Of a stretch of 64,000 nucleotides of DNA, positions 14,309-27,637 are shown piece after piece. Source of the DNA: Eledone cirrhosa. Lineage: Eukaryota. The stretch is from assembly GCA_964016885.1 (NCBI GenBank), contig OZ024740.1, forward strand, positions 110,236,001-110,300,000, written 5' to 3'. Each line of letters starts with the position of its first letter. The stretch's first letter is position 1. The position numbers were made by a program, and so were the translations under genes. The notes under the pieces were generated by a model that ran no database searches, was not told the origin of the DNA, and saw nothing but the letters and a program-made list of their open reading frames with translations.

Positions 14309-14992
14309 ACACGTGAAAAAATAACACAGAATACTGTCCCACCCAATCCCTCCCCACCCAAAACAAATACAAAAACACACACACCGCAAACACTACCAGA
14401 AAACATACCCCTCCCACCCAACAAGGAAGACGAACCCCTTTCGTCGCAAGACGAAAAAGATCCCTTCCAACAAGTAAAAAGAAAGAAGAGGAGACGCACC
14501 ACAGACACACATGTTAACTTTAACCCCCCCCCCCCCAAGGGAACACAAACTACACACAAACCACCCTCCCTGTGACACAACACTAACTGCTACACAAAAA
14601 AAGACCTTACAATATACATACATGAACACAGACAACAAAGAATTACGGAAAACAATTTCAGCAAACCCTTCGGTCCAAACTGAAGGGCCAAACTTTATAA
14701 CTGCTGTGGGACTACCTCATTTAAAAATGATAAAAGTCCCAATGAACTTGTACAAAACACTGAAAATAAATTTCACGGAGGACGTGGGCCCCCCCTGCGC
14801 CAAACCAATCAACCGCGTCCTCCTAAAAAAATTCACCCCCCACCCCACCCAGACACCCACTCAACCACAAACACCCCAACCCCACAACACACCGATGCCC
14901 CTTCACTTCCACAAACCACCACCCCACCCAACAACCCATCCCCAACCAGCATGGAAATTGAGCGGCCCGTTTCCCGGGACGCAGAGAGGTAA
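13120..14992 (+). pseudogene. ORF1 (gag-like nucleic-acid-binding protein) of copy B, frameshifted
   Basis: CX2CX4HX4C knuckle CYLCGNRGHLRAAC, poly-Q/Pro-rich linker; frameshifts at or near homopolymers (about 13610, 14525); C-terminus RDAER*. Confidence 0.85.
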
Positions 14993-15016
14993 GTGCCTTT
15001 TCTCCATACCACCAAC

Positions 15017-18000
15017 ATGGCTGTGCTAAGAGTAGGGTGTCTAAATGCGCGTGGCCTGGGCTCGTCTTGGAAGCAAGCAATGCTTCTAAATGACCTCAGG
15101 TCACAATCTATAAATGTGATGGTTATCTGCGAGGCCCGGATCAGCAGCATGCGACAGATAGCCCCCACCTTTGACGACTTTGAGATGCACGCATCTCTCC
15201 GTCAGCCCGGAGGTGGGGGTGGGGTTGTCGTTCTGCTGCAAAAACATATGGGCCTTGCAACACAGATAGTTCACTTGGACTCAGGGGGTCGACTGGTGGT
15301 GCTGGACCTTGGCAGTGGTGAAGGTGGAGCCTTTAGGCTGGTAGCCGCATATGCCCCTTTTGGGACAGAGCGGCCCGACTTTTTCCAGCGTCTGTAGTCT
15401 TTTCTAGGGACGTCCCGTTCCCTGCTTTTAGTGGGGGATTGGAATGGTATCCTGGATGCACGTTGGGACTATGCAGGGGCATGTCCCGATAGAGAGGGGT
15501 GCAACAGCCTCAAGGGGTTACTCGGCCGATTTGACCTGGCCGATAGATTTCGACTAGATTTTCCGACGGTGCCAACCTGGTCTTGGTCAAATCGCAGCGG
15601 ATCATCTAGGTCGTACCTAGATAGATTTTTAGTTAGAAATAAGGACAGGGACTTTTTAAGTTGTCCAGAAATGCTCATGGTTGGCTATTCAGACCACAAG
15701 TTGGTGACCTGCATGGTCAACCTTGATAGAACGCATAGACAGGGCCCCGGTTACTGGAAGCTCAACTTGTCCTTGCCGGCAAGTAGAGCCTACAGGGATC
15801 GGATTAGTACGTTAGTTAAGGAACGATTGACTGGAGCGATCGTCAACAGCAGGTGGTGGGTATCTCTAAAGAGAGAGATTAGAGTAGTCTCGATAGAATT
15901 TAGTAAGGTTCTAGCTGCGGATAGGAATAGGAAGGAAAGGGAGCTAATAGATAGAGTAGAAGAGGCAATTAGAAGCGGCGACGTGGCCAGAGTGCTAGCG
16001 TCGAGAACGGCTTTGAGCCAGTTTTTCGACGCGAAGCACGAAGGCTGCGTTGTCCAAAGTAAACTACGTGCTCTAGGGAACGAGGGGACCAAAGCTGTTA
16101 GCTGGGCCCGCGTGACAGAGGCCAACAGTGGAACTAAATCCACTATCCGGTCTTTGCGAGACCTGGATGGACGGGCGATTCTTGAGCGTAAGCAGATGTG
16201 TGAGGCCTTTCAAAGGCACTTTGCCCGACTGTTCGGGAGGGGCGGGGAGCCGGTTGGGAATGTGGACTTCGGTCCATACCTCGACGGCCTGCCGCGTCTC
16301 TCGGACAGGGAGGCGAAGTCCTGCGAGGAGCCGATTTCGGCCGCTGAGATAGAGGACGTGCTGGGCCAATGCGGCAAACGCAAATCCCCGGGTCTCGATG
16401 GTCTTCCTTACGAATTATATCTAGCTATGCCGGACTTGTTCCCCGATCTCCTCGAGGCGGTCTACTGCAACTGGCAACAGAACGGGAGAATTCCCTGTAC
16501 TGTGACCAAGGGCGTAGTCACGCTAGTGAGGAAGGACGAGAACAAGGGGGACGAAAAAAGTAACTTCAGGCCCATAACTCTGCTAAATACAGAGTTACAG
16601 ATTTTGGCCAAGGTGCTAGCAAAGAGGTTGGCGCTTGTCGTGGGCAAACTGGTGGGAGATGCGCAGACATGCGCTATCCCGTCCAGGTCCATCCATGACA
16701 ACCTCCACCTCATGCGATACATCATAGAGAGGGTTGGGAACGAACCCGGCTTTGGTGGGGCTCTGATCAACTTGGATCAATCTAAGGCGTTCGATAGGGT
16801 CGACCATGGTTACCTGGATGCGGTGCTAGCGGCGGCAGGCTTCGGACCCGTTTTCAGGGGCTGGATCACTGCTATGCACAGCAGCCGCATCTGCTCTAGG
16901 GTCAAGGTGAACGGCTACCTCTCGGAGCCGTTCAAAATCGCGCGGTCCATCCGACAAGGGTGCCCTCTCTCCTCCCTTCTGTATGTGTTGACTCTCGAGC
17001 CACTACTGCGGAAGTTGGAGTTGTTGCAGGGCATCCCTTTGGAACCGGGATTGCGGAAAGCGGTGTCGGCATACGCCGATGACGTGACAGTAATGGTGTC
17101 GACGGCCTCGGAAATCGAGGCGGTCGGCACCTTACTGGAGGAGTACGAAAGGTTCACAGGGGCTAAGCTGAACCGGGACAAGTCGATCGGTTTGCAACTC
17201 GGCACGTGGAGGGGCAGACCGGTGCCCTCCGATGGCGTCGTCGGACGCTGGACGGAGGGCCCGGTGAAGTTGCTCGGGGTCTGGTTCGGACCGGACCTCC
17301 AGGTGGAGAAAAACTGGGCGGAGGTTACGAACAGGGTGTTTGCTCTGACCCAGAAGTGGGCCAGTTGCAAACTATCCCTGAAAGGTCGGGCGGAGGTGAC
17401 GAACACCTATATAGCGTCCGTCATCTACTACCGCCTGACCGTAGTGCCCTGCCCAAGGGAAACCCTCACCAAGATGGAGCGCGCGCTCTTCCAATTCCTT
17501 TGGAAGAGGCGGGCTCCTATGGTGAGGAGATCCATCTGCTGTCAACACCCTTCGAAAGGAGGGCTGGGGATGCCGTGGCTAATGATGCGTAAACACGCAT
17601 TAAGGCTACGGCACCTCTACGTATTCCTCACCGGTCAACCGGTGTGGGCCTCGTTTGTGAGACGAACCTTTCCCAGACTCGTCTCACTCACCGAGCTGCA
17701 ATCCTGGGTCAAGCAAAGACCGAGAAAACTGGGCGCCTGGCACACTGAGTGTACCCAGGCGCTCACCGCCCTCTGGCAGGCGGATCCGGTTATCAGTGGA
17801 GACTCCACCGCAACATTCTATAGAGGGCTGGTACGCAGCAGGTGCGACGACGCCCTCGGAGAAACCCTAGACATGGAGGAGGACGAACTGGCCAGCCTGT
17901 TCGGTAGGACATTCAGCCCAGGACCTATGGATAACTTCCAGAAGTCCCTGGCCTGGCAGTGCTACCGAGGGGCTCTACCCGTTCGAGAAAAGCTCTACAG

Positions 18001-18454
18001 ACACGGGCGCCCGGGTAGGGACCCCGCCAAAAAGATCTGTCCCAGATGCGTGTGCGACGAGGAAACCGTTGCACACGCATTGGTACACTGCTCGGGCGTA
18101 GCCGATCTGTGGGGCTATGTCGAACAACTGCTGTCAAGGGTGGGACCGATCCGGTTGACCACCGAGTCTATTGTAATAATCAAGCCGCCTCCCCCCGTCA
18201 AAGATGAAGGAGAGGCGGTGTTTCTGTGCGTAATAGCCATGGCGAAAGAAGTTGTATGGTGGACGCGTCTGAAAGGACTGAGGTCAGGCACCTTTCTCTC
18301 TGGCCAACAACTGGTCCGTTTCTTCCGATATCATTTCGGAAGAAGGATCAGGATGGAGAGAGAGGTGCTCCACCCCAGTCGTTTTTATGAAAGGTGGGTG
18401 AAAGTGGCGAGAATGGCCCGTGTGAATGGGCCTTCTCTTTACATAAGCCTGTAG
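15017..18454 (+). pseudogene. ORF2 APE endonuclease-RT-zinc finger of copy B (1145 codons, one premature TAG at 15395)
   Basis: GCLNARGL, ICE, GDWN, LDRFL, SDHK (APE); FRPITLLN, SKAFDRV, RQGCPLS, YADD (RT); CPRC..ETVAHALVHC. Confidence 0.95.
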
Positions 18455-19214
18455 GTGGAAAAGAGGAAGGAACGAGGGAGCACCCCCTCTCTGTGCTCCT
18501 GAGGAAAAGGGTTGCACACTTTTTTCGGGGGTGTGTGCGACCCCCCAAGGCGCCTCCTCTCTATTGATGATTTTGTTATACATTTTATTTTTTGTTATAT
18601 TTTATAACAAAATCCTCTATTGAGGATTTTGTTATATATAAAAAAAAATAAAATATAACAAAAAATAGAATTGTTATAATTCTATTTTTTGTTATATTTT
18701 ATTTTTTTTTATATATTGTTATTGCCTCCTACCTATTGAGGACGCCTTGTTTTGTAAACTCCCCCCATTGTACTTGTCCCACTTTTGATGCCCTGGTGGC
18801 AAATAAAAGAAACATATCTATTTCTACAACTCTGTCTCTCTTTCACAGCCATCCACACGCACATGGACATACATACATCCCCTTCACAAGTACATGCACA
18901 TACATATACCATCACACACGTGCATGCACATACATACACCCACCCCACACACGTACATGCACATACATACACCCACCCCACACATGTAGATGCACATACA
19001 TACCCGCCACGCGTACATGCACATAATACACCCTACACACACGTGCATGCACATGCATCCACACCCACCCCAAATATATGCACCTCACACACGAACATGC
19101 ACATATATGCACCCATGGAAATATTTAATCCCCACCAGCACTGTCTAGGTAACACTATATTTAGGACTGATTGCATTGAGACATTATCTTCCTTATTACT
19201 ACAGCACCAAGATC

Positions 19215-19934
19215 TCAACACAGCCATAACAACCAGAATAACAATAAAAACAGCAGTAAAATAACGACAATAGCAACAGCAACAACAACAGCAAAATAAC
19301 AATAGCAGCAACAACAACAACTACAGCAAAATAGCAATAGCAGCAACAACAACAACAACAACTACAGCAAAATAACAATAGCAGCAACAACAACAACAAC
19401 AACAGCAAAATAACAATAGCAGCCACAACAACAACAGCAAAATAACAGTAGCAGCAGTAACAACAGCAGCAAAATAACAATAGCAACAACAACAGCAAAA
19501 TAAGAACAACAACAACAACAACAACAATAACAGCGAAATAACAATGGCAGCAACAACAACAATAACAGCGAAATAACAATAGCAACAACAACAACAGCAA
19601 AATAACAACAACAACAACAATAACAGCAGCAGCAACAACAACAACAATAACAACAACAATAACAGCGAAATAACAATGGTAGCAACAACAACAACAATAA
19701 CAACGAAATAACAATAGCAACAACAACAACAGCAAAATAACAACAACAACAATAACAGCAGCAAAATAATAACAACAACAACAACAAGAACAAAAACAAA
19801 ATGACTACAACAGTAACAACAACATCAGCAAAATAACAACAATTGCAACAACAACAACAACAATAGCAACAGTAAAATAACGAGAATAGTAACATCAAGA
19901 ACAACAGCAACAGCATCAACAACAGCAGCAACAA

Positions 19935-19979
<45 letters not shown>

Positions 19980-20041
19980 CAACAATAGCAACAGTAAAAT
20001 AACGAGAATAGTAACAAGAACAACAGCAACAGCATCAACAA

Positions 20042-20092
<51 letters not shown>

Positions 20093-20280
20093 CAACAATA
20101 GCAACAGTAAAATAACGAGAATAGTAACAACAAGAACAACAGCAACAGCATCAACAACAGCAACAGCAACAGCAACAGCAAGAAGAAGAAGAAGAAGAAG
20201 AACAACAACAACAGCATCATCAACAACAACAACAATAACAGCAACAACAACATAACGACAATAATAAGAACAGCACAAAC
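19215..20280. repeat. AAC/AGC-rich degenerate satellite
   Basis: Recurrent CAGCAAAATAACAATAGC-type units and (CAG)n runs. Confidence 0.9.
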
Positions 20281-20409
20281 ATAAGAACTCTAGAAACGTG
20301 TCTCACCCTGTTTAATTACAACAGTGTTGTGAGAGACAATGAACCACTAGAGCGGGTAATAATACCCTCCTCCCTCACCTGATCCCGACCCGGCTAGAAG
20401 AGATGACCG

Positions 20410-20772
20410 CCGAGAGAGAGAGAGGGAGAGAGGGCATAGAGGGGGGGGGGGTAGAGAGAGAAAGAGAGAGAGGGCAGAGAGAGAGAAAGAGAGAGAGAAA
20501 TAGATAGAGATAGATAGAGATGGAGAGATAGATAGATAAAGTTATATATATATATAGAGAGAGAGAGTAGGGGTAGTGAGAGAGAAATAGATAGAGATAG
20601 ATATAGATAAATATATATATATATATATAAAGAGAGAGAGAAATAGATAGGGATAGATAGAGATAGATGGATAGATAGATAGAAAGAGTGTGAGAGAGAG
20701 AGACAAAGATAGAGAAAGAGAGATAGAGATAGATAAATAGATAGATAGATATATATAGAGAGAGAGACAAAT

Positions 20773-20837
<65 letters not shown>

Positions 20838-20846
20838 GAGAGAGAC
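20410..20846. repeat. (GA)n/(GATA)n compound microsatellite
   Basis: Direct inspection. Confidence 0.9.
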
Positions 20847-21324
20847 AGGCATAGCCAATCCGATAATGTTTTCATTGAAAATTATAGCTATTGTTAATAG
20901 CGTAATTGTACTAAATTCACTGATAGAACAAAAATGATGATAACAGCAACAACAACAACAACAACAGCAACAACAGCAACAGCAACAACAGCAACAACAA
21001 CAGCAGCAACAGCAACAACAGCAGCAGCAACAACAACAGCAACAACAGCTTTATCGTATTTCCTGCGTACATTCTTCAATTCGTTGTCAATTGTTAGAAT
21101 CTGGTGCGGTTCCCAGGCCGCGGATGTGGAATCTTGCCCCTGGAGTATCTTACCAGCTGGCGATCACATCTGAAAAAGAGCTGATACTTGATAAATAAGG
21201 CTGAAATGGAAAGAAAATATAGAAAATAGGAGAAATATGTTTGAGAAGATCTTATCTTGTCTCAGTTGTGTATGACCGCCAGGCCGACGGTGTGAAGAAT
21301 ATGTAATCTAAGCAGTCCATACAC

Positions 21325-21329
21325 AGGCA

Positions 21330-21420
<91 letters not shown>

Positions 21421-22151
21421 ATACACACACACACACATACATGCACACAGACACAGGCAGACACACACACACACATACACACACATGCACACAGACACAG
21501 GCACACACATGCACACAGACACAGGCACACACACACACACAGGCGCACACATGCACACAGACACAGGCACACACACACAGACACACACACAGGCGCACAC
21601 ACACACACATATATACACACAAGCAGGCACACACACACACAGACACATACACACACAGGCGCACACATACACACATACACATGCACAGACAGACCCCCCC
21701 ACACACACACATACACACACACACATATATATACACACAAGGAGGCACACACACACATACACACACAGGCGCGCGCACTCCCATGCACACAGACACACAC
21801 ATACACACACACACAGGCGCACACACACACACACAGACACACATGCGCACACATACACACACACAGACACACACACACACAAACAAACTCACGCACACAG
21901 ACAGACACAAACACATACACTCACACAGACAGACACAGACATACATACACACAAACACAGACACAAACACAGACACACACACACAAACACTCAAACAGAT
22001 ACAGACATACATAGACACAAACACAGACACGGACACTGACACACTCACACAGACACATTCTCTCTCACACTCACACACATGCATATATATACACACACCA
22101 CACACATGGACACTTGCAAACACAGAAACAGAGGCAGACAGACAGACAGAC

Positions 22152-22214
<63 letters not shown>

Positions 22215-22251
22215 TACACAGACACACTCACACAGACAAACAGACAGACAA
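21325..22251. repeat. (CA)n grading into (AGAC)n compound microsatellite
   Basis: Direct inspection; abuts the 3' end of Tx1 copy C. Confidence 0.9.
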
Positions 22252-22472
22252 ATTTCTGTTTATTTGCCACTAGGGCACAAAAGAAAGGGACATGTACATG
22301 GGTGGGGGGAGTTTACATAAAAATCGAGTAAGAAAAATATAACACAAAATAGTAACAAGAAGGTCCTCAATAGGGAGGGATCGTTTTGGGGTCACACACA
22401 CCCCCGAAAAAAAGTGTGCGACCCTTCTCCACGGGAGCACAAAGAGAGGGTGCTCCCTTCTTCCTGTTCCAC

Positions 22473-25400
22473 CTACAGGCTGAGGTAGAGTGAAGGCCCA
22501 TTCACACGGGCCATTCTCGCAACTTTCACCCACCTTTCATAAAACTAGCTGGAGTGGAGCACCTCTCTCTCCATCCTGATCCTTCTTCCGAAATGGTATC
22601 GGAAGAAAAGGACCAGTTGTTGGCCGGAAAGAAAGGTGTCCGACCTCAGCCCTTTCAGACGCGTCCACCATATAACCTCTTTTACCATGGCTATTACACA
22701 GAGGAAGACCGCCTCTCCTTCATTTTTGAAGGGGGGAGGCGGCTTGATCGTTACAATGGACTCGGTGGTCAACCTAATTGGTCCCACCCGTGACAGCAGT
22801 TGTTCGACATAGCCCCACAGATCGGCAACGCCCGGGAAGTGCACCAATGCGTGGGCGACGGTTTCCTCGTCGCGCACGCATCTGGGACAGATCTTTTTCG
22901 AGGGGTCCCTACCCGGGCGCCCGTGTCTGTAGAGCCTTTCTCGAACGGGCAGAACCCCTCGGTAGCACTGCCAGGCCAAGGACTTCTGGAAGTTATCCAT
23001 AGGTCCCGGGCCGAAAGTCCTACCGAATAGACTGGCCAGTTCGTCTTCCTCCATGCCTAGGGCTTCTCCGAGGGCGTCGTCGCACCCGCTAACCACCAGC
23101 CCTCTATAGAATGACGAGGTGGAGTCTCCGTCGATAGCCGGGTCCGCCTGCCAGAGAGCCGTGAGCGTCTGGGCACACTCGGTGTGCCAGTCGCCCAGTT
23201 TTCTCGGTCTTTGCTTCACTCAGGACTGCAGCTCGGTGAGCGAGACGAGCCTCGGGAAGGCTCGCCTCACAAACGGGGCCAACACCGGTTGACAGGTGAG
23301 GAATACCTGGAGGTGCCTTAGCCTCAATGCGTGTTTACGCATTTTTAGCCACGGCATCCCCAGCCCTCCTTTCAAAGGGTGTTGACAGCAGATGGATTAC
23401 CTCACCAGAGGAGACCTCTTCTTCCAAAGGAAATAAAAGAGGGCGTGCTCCGGATCTCACCCGGGCAAGGCACGACAGTCAAGCGGTAATAGATGACGGA
23501 CGCTATGTAAGCGTTCGCCACCTCCGCCCGACCTTTCAGGGATAGTTTGCACTCGGCCCACTTCTGGGTCAGTGCAAACACCCTGTTCGTCACCTCACCC
23601 CAGTTTTTCTCCACCTGGAGGTCCGGTCCGAACCAGACCCCAAGCAACTTCACCGGGCCCTCCGTCCACCGTCCGACGATACCGTCGCACGACATCGCTT
23701 TGCCCCTCCACTCACCGAGTTGCAAAGCGACTGACTTGTCCCGGTTCAGCTTAGCCCCTGTCAACCTTTCGTACTCCTCCAGTAAGGTGCCGATTGCCTC
23801 GATTTCCGAGGTGGTCGACACCATTACTGTTACGTCATCGGCATAGGCCGACACCGCTTTGCGCAATCCCGGTTCCAAAGGGATGCCCTGCAACAACTCC
23901 AACTTCCGCAGTAGTGGCTCGAGACCCAATACATACAGAAGGGAGGAGAGAGGGGGTGATTTCGAACGGCTCCGAAAGGTAGCCGTTCACCTTGACTCTA
24001 GAGCAGATGCGGCTGCTGTGCATGGCAGTGATCTAGCCCCTGAAAACGGGTCCGAACCCAACCGCCTCTAGCACCGAATCCAGGTAACCATGGTCCACTC
24101 TATCGAACGCTTTAGACTGATCTAAATTTATCAGGGCCCCACCAAAGCCGGGTTCGTTCCCAACCCTCTCTATGATGTATCGCATGAGGTGGAGGTTGTC
24201 GTGGATGGACCTGGACGGGATAGTGCATGTCTGCGCATCTCCCACCAGGCCCCCCACGACAAGCGCCAACCTCTTCGCTAACACCTTGGCCAAAATCTTT
24301 AACTCTGCATTTAGCAGAGTTATGGGCCTAAAATTACTAATGTCATCTCCCTTGTTCTCGTCCTTCCTCACTAGCGAGACTACGCCCTTGGTCACAGAAC
24401 AGGGAATTCTCCCGTTCTGTTGCCAGTTGCAGTAGACCGCCTCGAGGAGATCGGGGAACAAGTCCGGCATATTAATATATAGTTCGTAGGGTAGACTATC
24501 GAGCCCTGGAGATTTGCGTTTGCCGCATAGGCTCAGCACGTCCCCTATTTCAGCAGCTGAGATCGGCCCATCGCAGGACCTCGCCTCCTTGTCCGAAAGA
24601 CGCGGCAGGCCGTCGAGGTATGGACCGAAATCCACATCCCCAACCGGCCCCCCGCCCCTCCCGAACAATCGGGCAAAGTGCCTTTGAAAGGCCTCGCACA
24701 TTTGCTTAGGTTCAAGGATCAACCGTCCATCCTGGTCTCGCAAAGACCGGATAGTGGATTTAATCCCACTTTTCGCTTCTGTCACGCGGGCCCAGCTAAC
24801 AGCTTTGGTCCCCTCGTTTCCCAGAGCACGTATTTTGCTTCGGACAACGCAGCCTTCGTGTTTTGCGTCGAAGAACTGGTTCAAGACCGTTCTCGACGCT
24901 TGCACTCTGGCCACGTTGCCGCTTCTCATTGCCTCTTCAACATTAACTACCAACTCCCTTTCCTTCCTATTTCTATCTGAGGCTAACTCCTTACTAACTC
25001 CTATTGAAACTACTCTAATCTCTATTTTTAGAGAGCCCCACCACCTGCTGTTGACGATGGCGCCCGTCAACCGCTCCTTAACTAAGGTTCTAATCCGGTC
25101 CCTGTAAGCTCTACTTGCCGGTAAGGACAAGTTGAGCTTCCAGTAACCGGGCCCCTGCCTATGCGTTCTATCAAGGTGGACTACGCAGGTCACTAACTTG
25201 TGGTCTGAATAGCCCACCATGAGCATTTCTGGACAATTTAAAAAGTCCCTATCCTTAATTCTAACTAAGAACCTATCTAGGTACGATCTAGATTGACCAC
25301 TGTTATTTGACCAAGTCCAGGTTGGCACAGTCGCAAAATCTAGTCGGTATCTATCGGCTGATTAACCCCTTAAGGCTGTTACATCCCCCTCTATCGGGAC

Positions 25401-25866
25401 ATGCCCCTACATAGTCCCAACGTGCATCTAGGATACCATTCCAGTCCCCCACTAAAAGCAAGGAGCGGGACGTCCCTAGAAAAGTCTTCAGACGATGGAA
25501 GAAGTCCGACCGCATTGCCCCAAAAGGGGCGTATACGGCGACAAGCCTAAAAGCTTCGCCTTCACCATTGCCAAGTTCCAGAACCACGAGTCGACCCTCC
25601 GGGTCCAAGTGTACCGTCTGTGTAGCGAGACCCAGATGTTTTTGCAGCAGCACGACAACCCCACCCCCACCTCCGGGCTGACAGAGAGATGCGTGCATCT
25701 CAAAGTCATCAAAGGTGGGGGCTAGCTGTCGCATGCTGCTGATCCGGGCCTCGCAAATAACCATCACATTTATACATTGTGACCTGAGGTCACTTAGAAG
25801 TTTAGCTTGCTTCCAAGGTGAGCCCAGGCCACGCGCATTTAGACAACCTACTCTTAACACGGCCAT
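22473..25866 (-). pseudogene. ORF2 APE-RT-Zn finger of copy C, disrupted
   Basis: Same motifs as copy B; several stops and small deletions. Confidence 0.92.
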
Positions 25867-25889
25867 GTTGGTGGCAAAGAAAGAGGCAC

Positions 25890-27637
25890 TTACCTCTCTG
25901 CGTCCCGGGGTTCGGGCCGCTCAGTTTCCATGGGGCTGGTGGAGGGGTTGATGGGTGGGGTGGTGGTTTGTGGTGGTGTGGGGGTATTAGTGTGTGGAGG
26001 GGTTGGGGTGTTTGGAGTTGTGTGGGTGTTTGAGGAGGGGAGGGGAAAACCTTTCAGGAGGACGCGGTTGAGTGGCCTGGTGCAGGGTGGTCCCGTCCTC
26101 AGGGTAAATGTTTTTCAAAGTTTTGAAAATGTCAAGTGGGACTTTCACCATTTTCAGGTGAGGGAGTCCCATTGCCGTTACAAAATTCGGCCCTTCGGTT
26201 TGTACCGAACGGTTGTTTTCTATTTTTTCTGTTAGGTTTTTATTGTTTTTGTTTATGTATGTGTAGAGTTTTTGTGTTGTGTTTGTTTTTGCTTGTTGTT
26301 CTTGAGTGAGTTTGCGTTTTGTTGTCTGTGTTGTGTTGTCAGGTGGGGTTATTTTTGTTTGTGTGGTGTGTGTACGTTTTTTTCTTTTCACTTTTTGGAA
26401 GGGAGCCCCCTCGTCTTCCGACGATATGAGCTCCTCTTCCGTATTGGAGGGGAGGGGTATATCTCCGGGTTGTGTATGAACTGCGTGTGTTTTTGTATTT
26501 GTGTTCTGTGGGGAGGGGCTGGGTGGGACCGTGTTTTGGGTTATTTTCTTGAGTTGTTGTTGATGTTGTTGTTGTTGTGGTGGTGGTGGAGGTGGTGTTG
26601 TTGGTTTTTGTTGTCGTTGTGGTGGTGATGGTAGTGCATTTTGTTGTTTTTGTGGTGGTGGTGCTGGTTGTTTTTGTTGTTGTTGTGGTGTTTGTAGCAG
26701 TGGTTTTTTTGTTGTTAGTAGAGGGCAGGCCGTCCTCAGGTGACCTCTGCCATCGCAGTGGTAACATGAGGGTCTCCTGCCTTCCACCGTAATATTTATG
26801 AAGGTTCGCCCATCCAGTAGGACTCGGTCGGGTATTCCGGAGATTCTCTCAGGTGTAAGAGAACCTCCAGACTTCCCCCCCGAACAGTCCACTGGTGGAG
26901 TCCCCTGCTGAAATAAGGATGTCCTTTTCTAGGTCCGTAAATCCTGTTAGGACGGACCAGATGTTAACTTCTGGCGTTGGGCTCCACATTCTTATTCTTT
27001 GTGTTCTTCTTCCTTTATATGTGGGGAAGAAGGTGTATTGTGGTGACACTATAGGTGCCACCGAATATTTTTGAGCCAGCATTTCGTCCTTCATTCGGAC
27101 CATAATGCTGGCATACAGCTTTCCTCTTTCAATAAAGAGTATGTCATTTTTAATGCCTTTCAGAACCAGCTCAATTTGACTTTCTGTCAATTGAGCTGGC
27201 TTTCTTGTTGCGTTGGTTATAGTCCTGTAGGTTATGGTATTCCTATATACCTGTTGACGAACTTCTTCTGGGGAGTTGATCGTAAAAGAACCATCCTCCC
27301 CAAAAGATACGTATTTTCTGGCATCTAGCAAATTTTGCTTAGCGTTAGTAATATCTATGGGCTTGTATTCAATAGCTTTCCTGACCGTTTGGGCAAAATA
27401 AATTTTGTTGTCTTTGTTGCTTGTTGTTGTAATGTTGTTGGTTTCATTATTTGTGGTGTTATTTTTTTCTTCAAAATTTAGGTTTTCATTCGAATTAATA
27501 TTCTTTTTTTTTTCATTGGAGAGCAGGGGCTGTTCAACAGTTTGAATTGTTGTTCCCTCTTTCTCGCTTATTTTTTTGGTAGGCGTGGCGTTAGCTTCCA
27601 ATATGGCGATATCGTTTTCAACGATATCGATAAACAT
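25890..27637 (-). pseudogene. ORF1 of copy C, frameshifted
   Basis: CYHCDGRGHLRTAC knuckle, VQTEGPNFV block shared with copy B, C-terminus RDAER*. Confidence 0.85.

Larger units (their letters stand above)
12895..18815 (+). mobile_element. Full-length Tx1/L1-like retrotransposon copy B
   Basis: 5' UTR, ORF1, 24-nt spacer, ORF2, 3' UTR ending GCAAATAAAAGAAACAT-ATCTAT. Confidence 0.93.
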
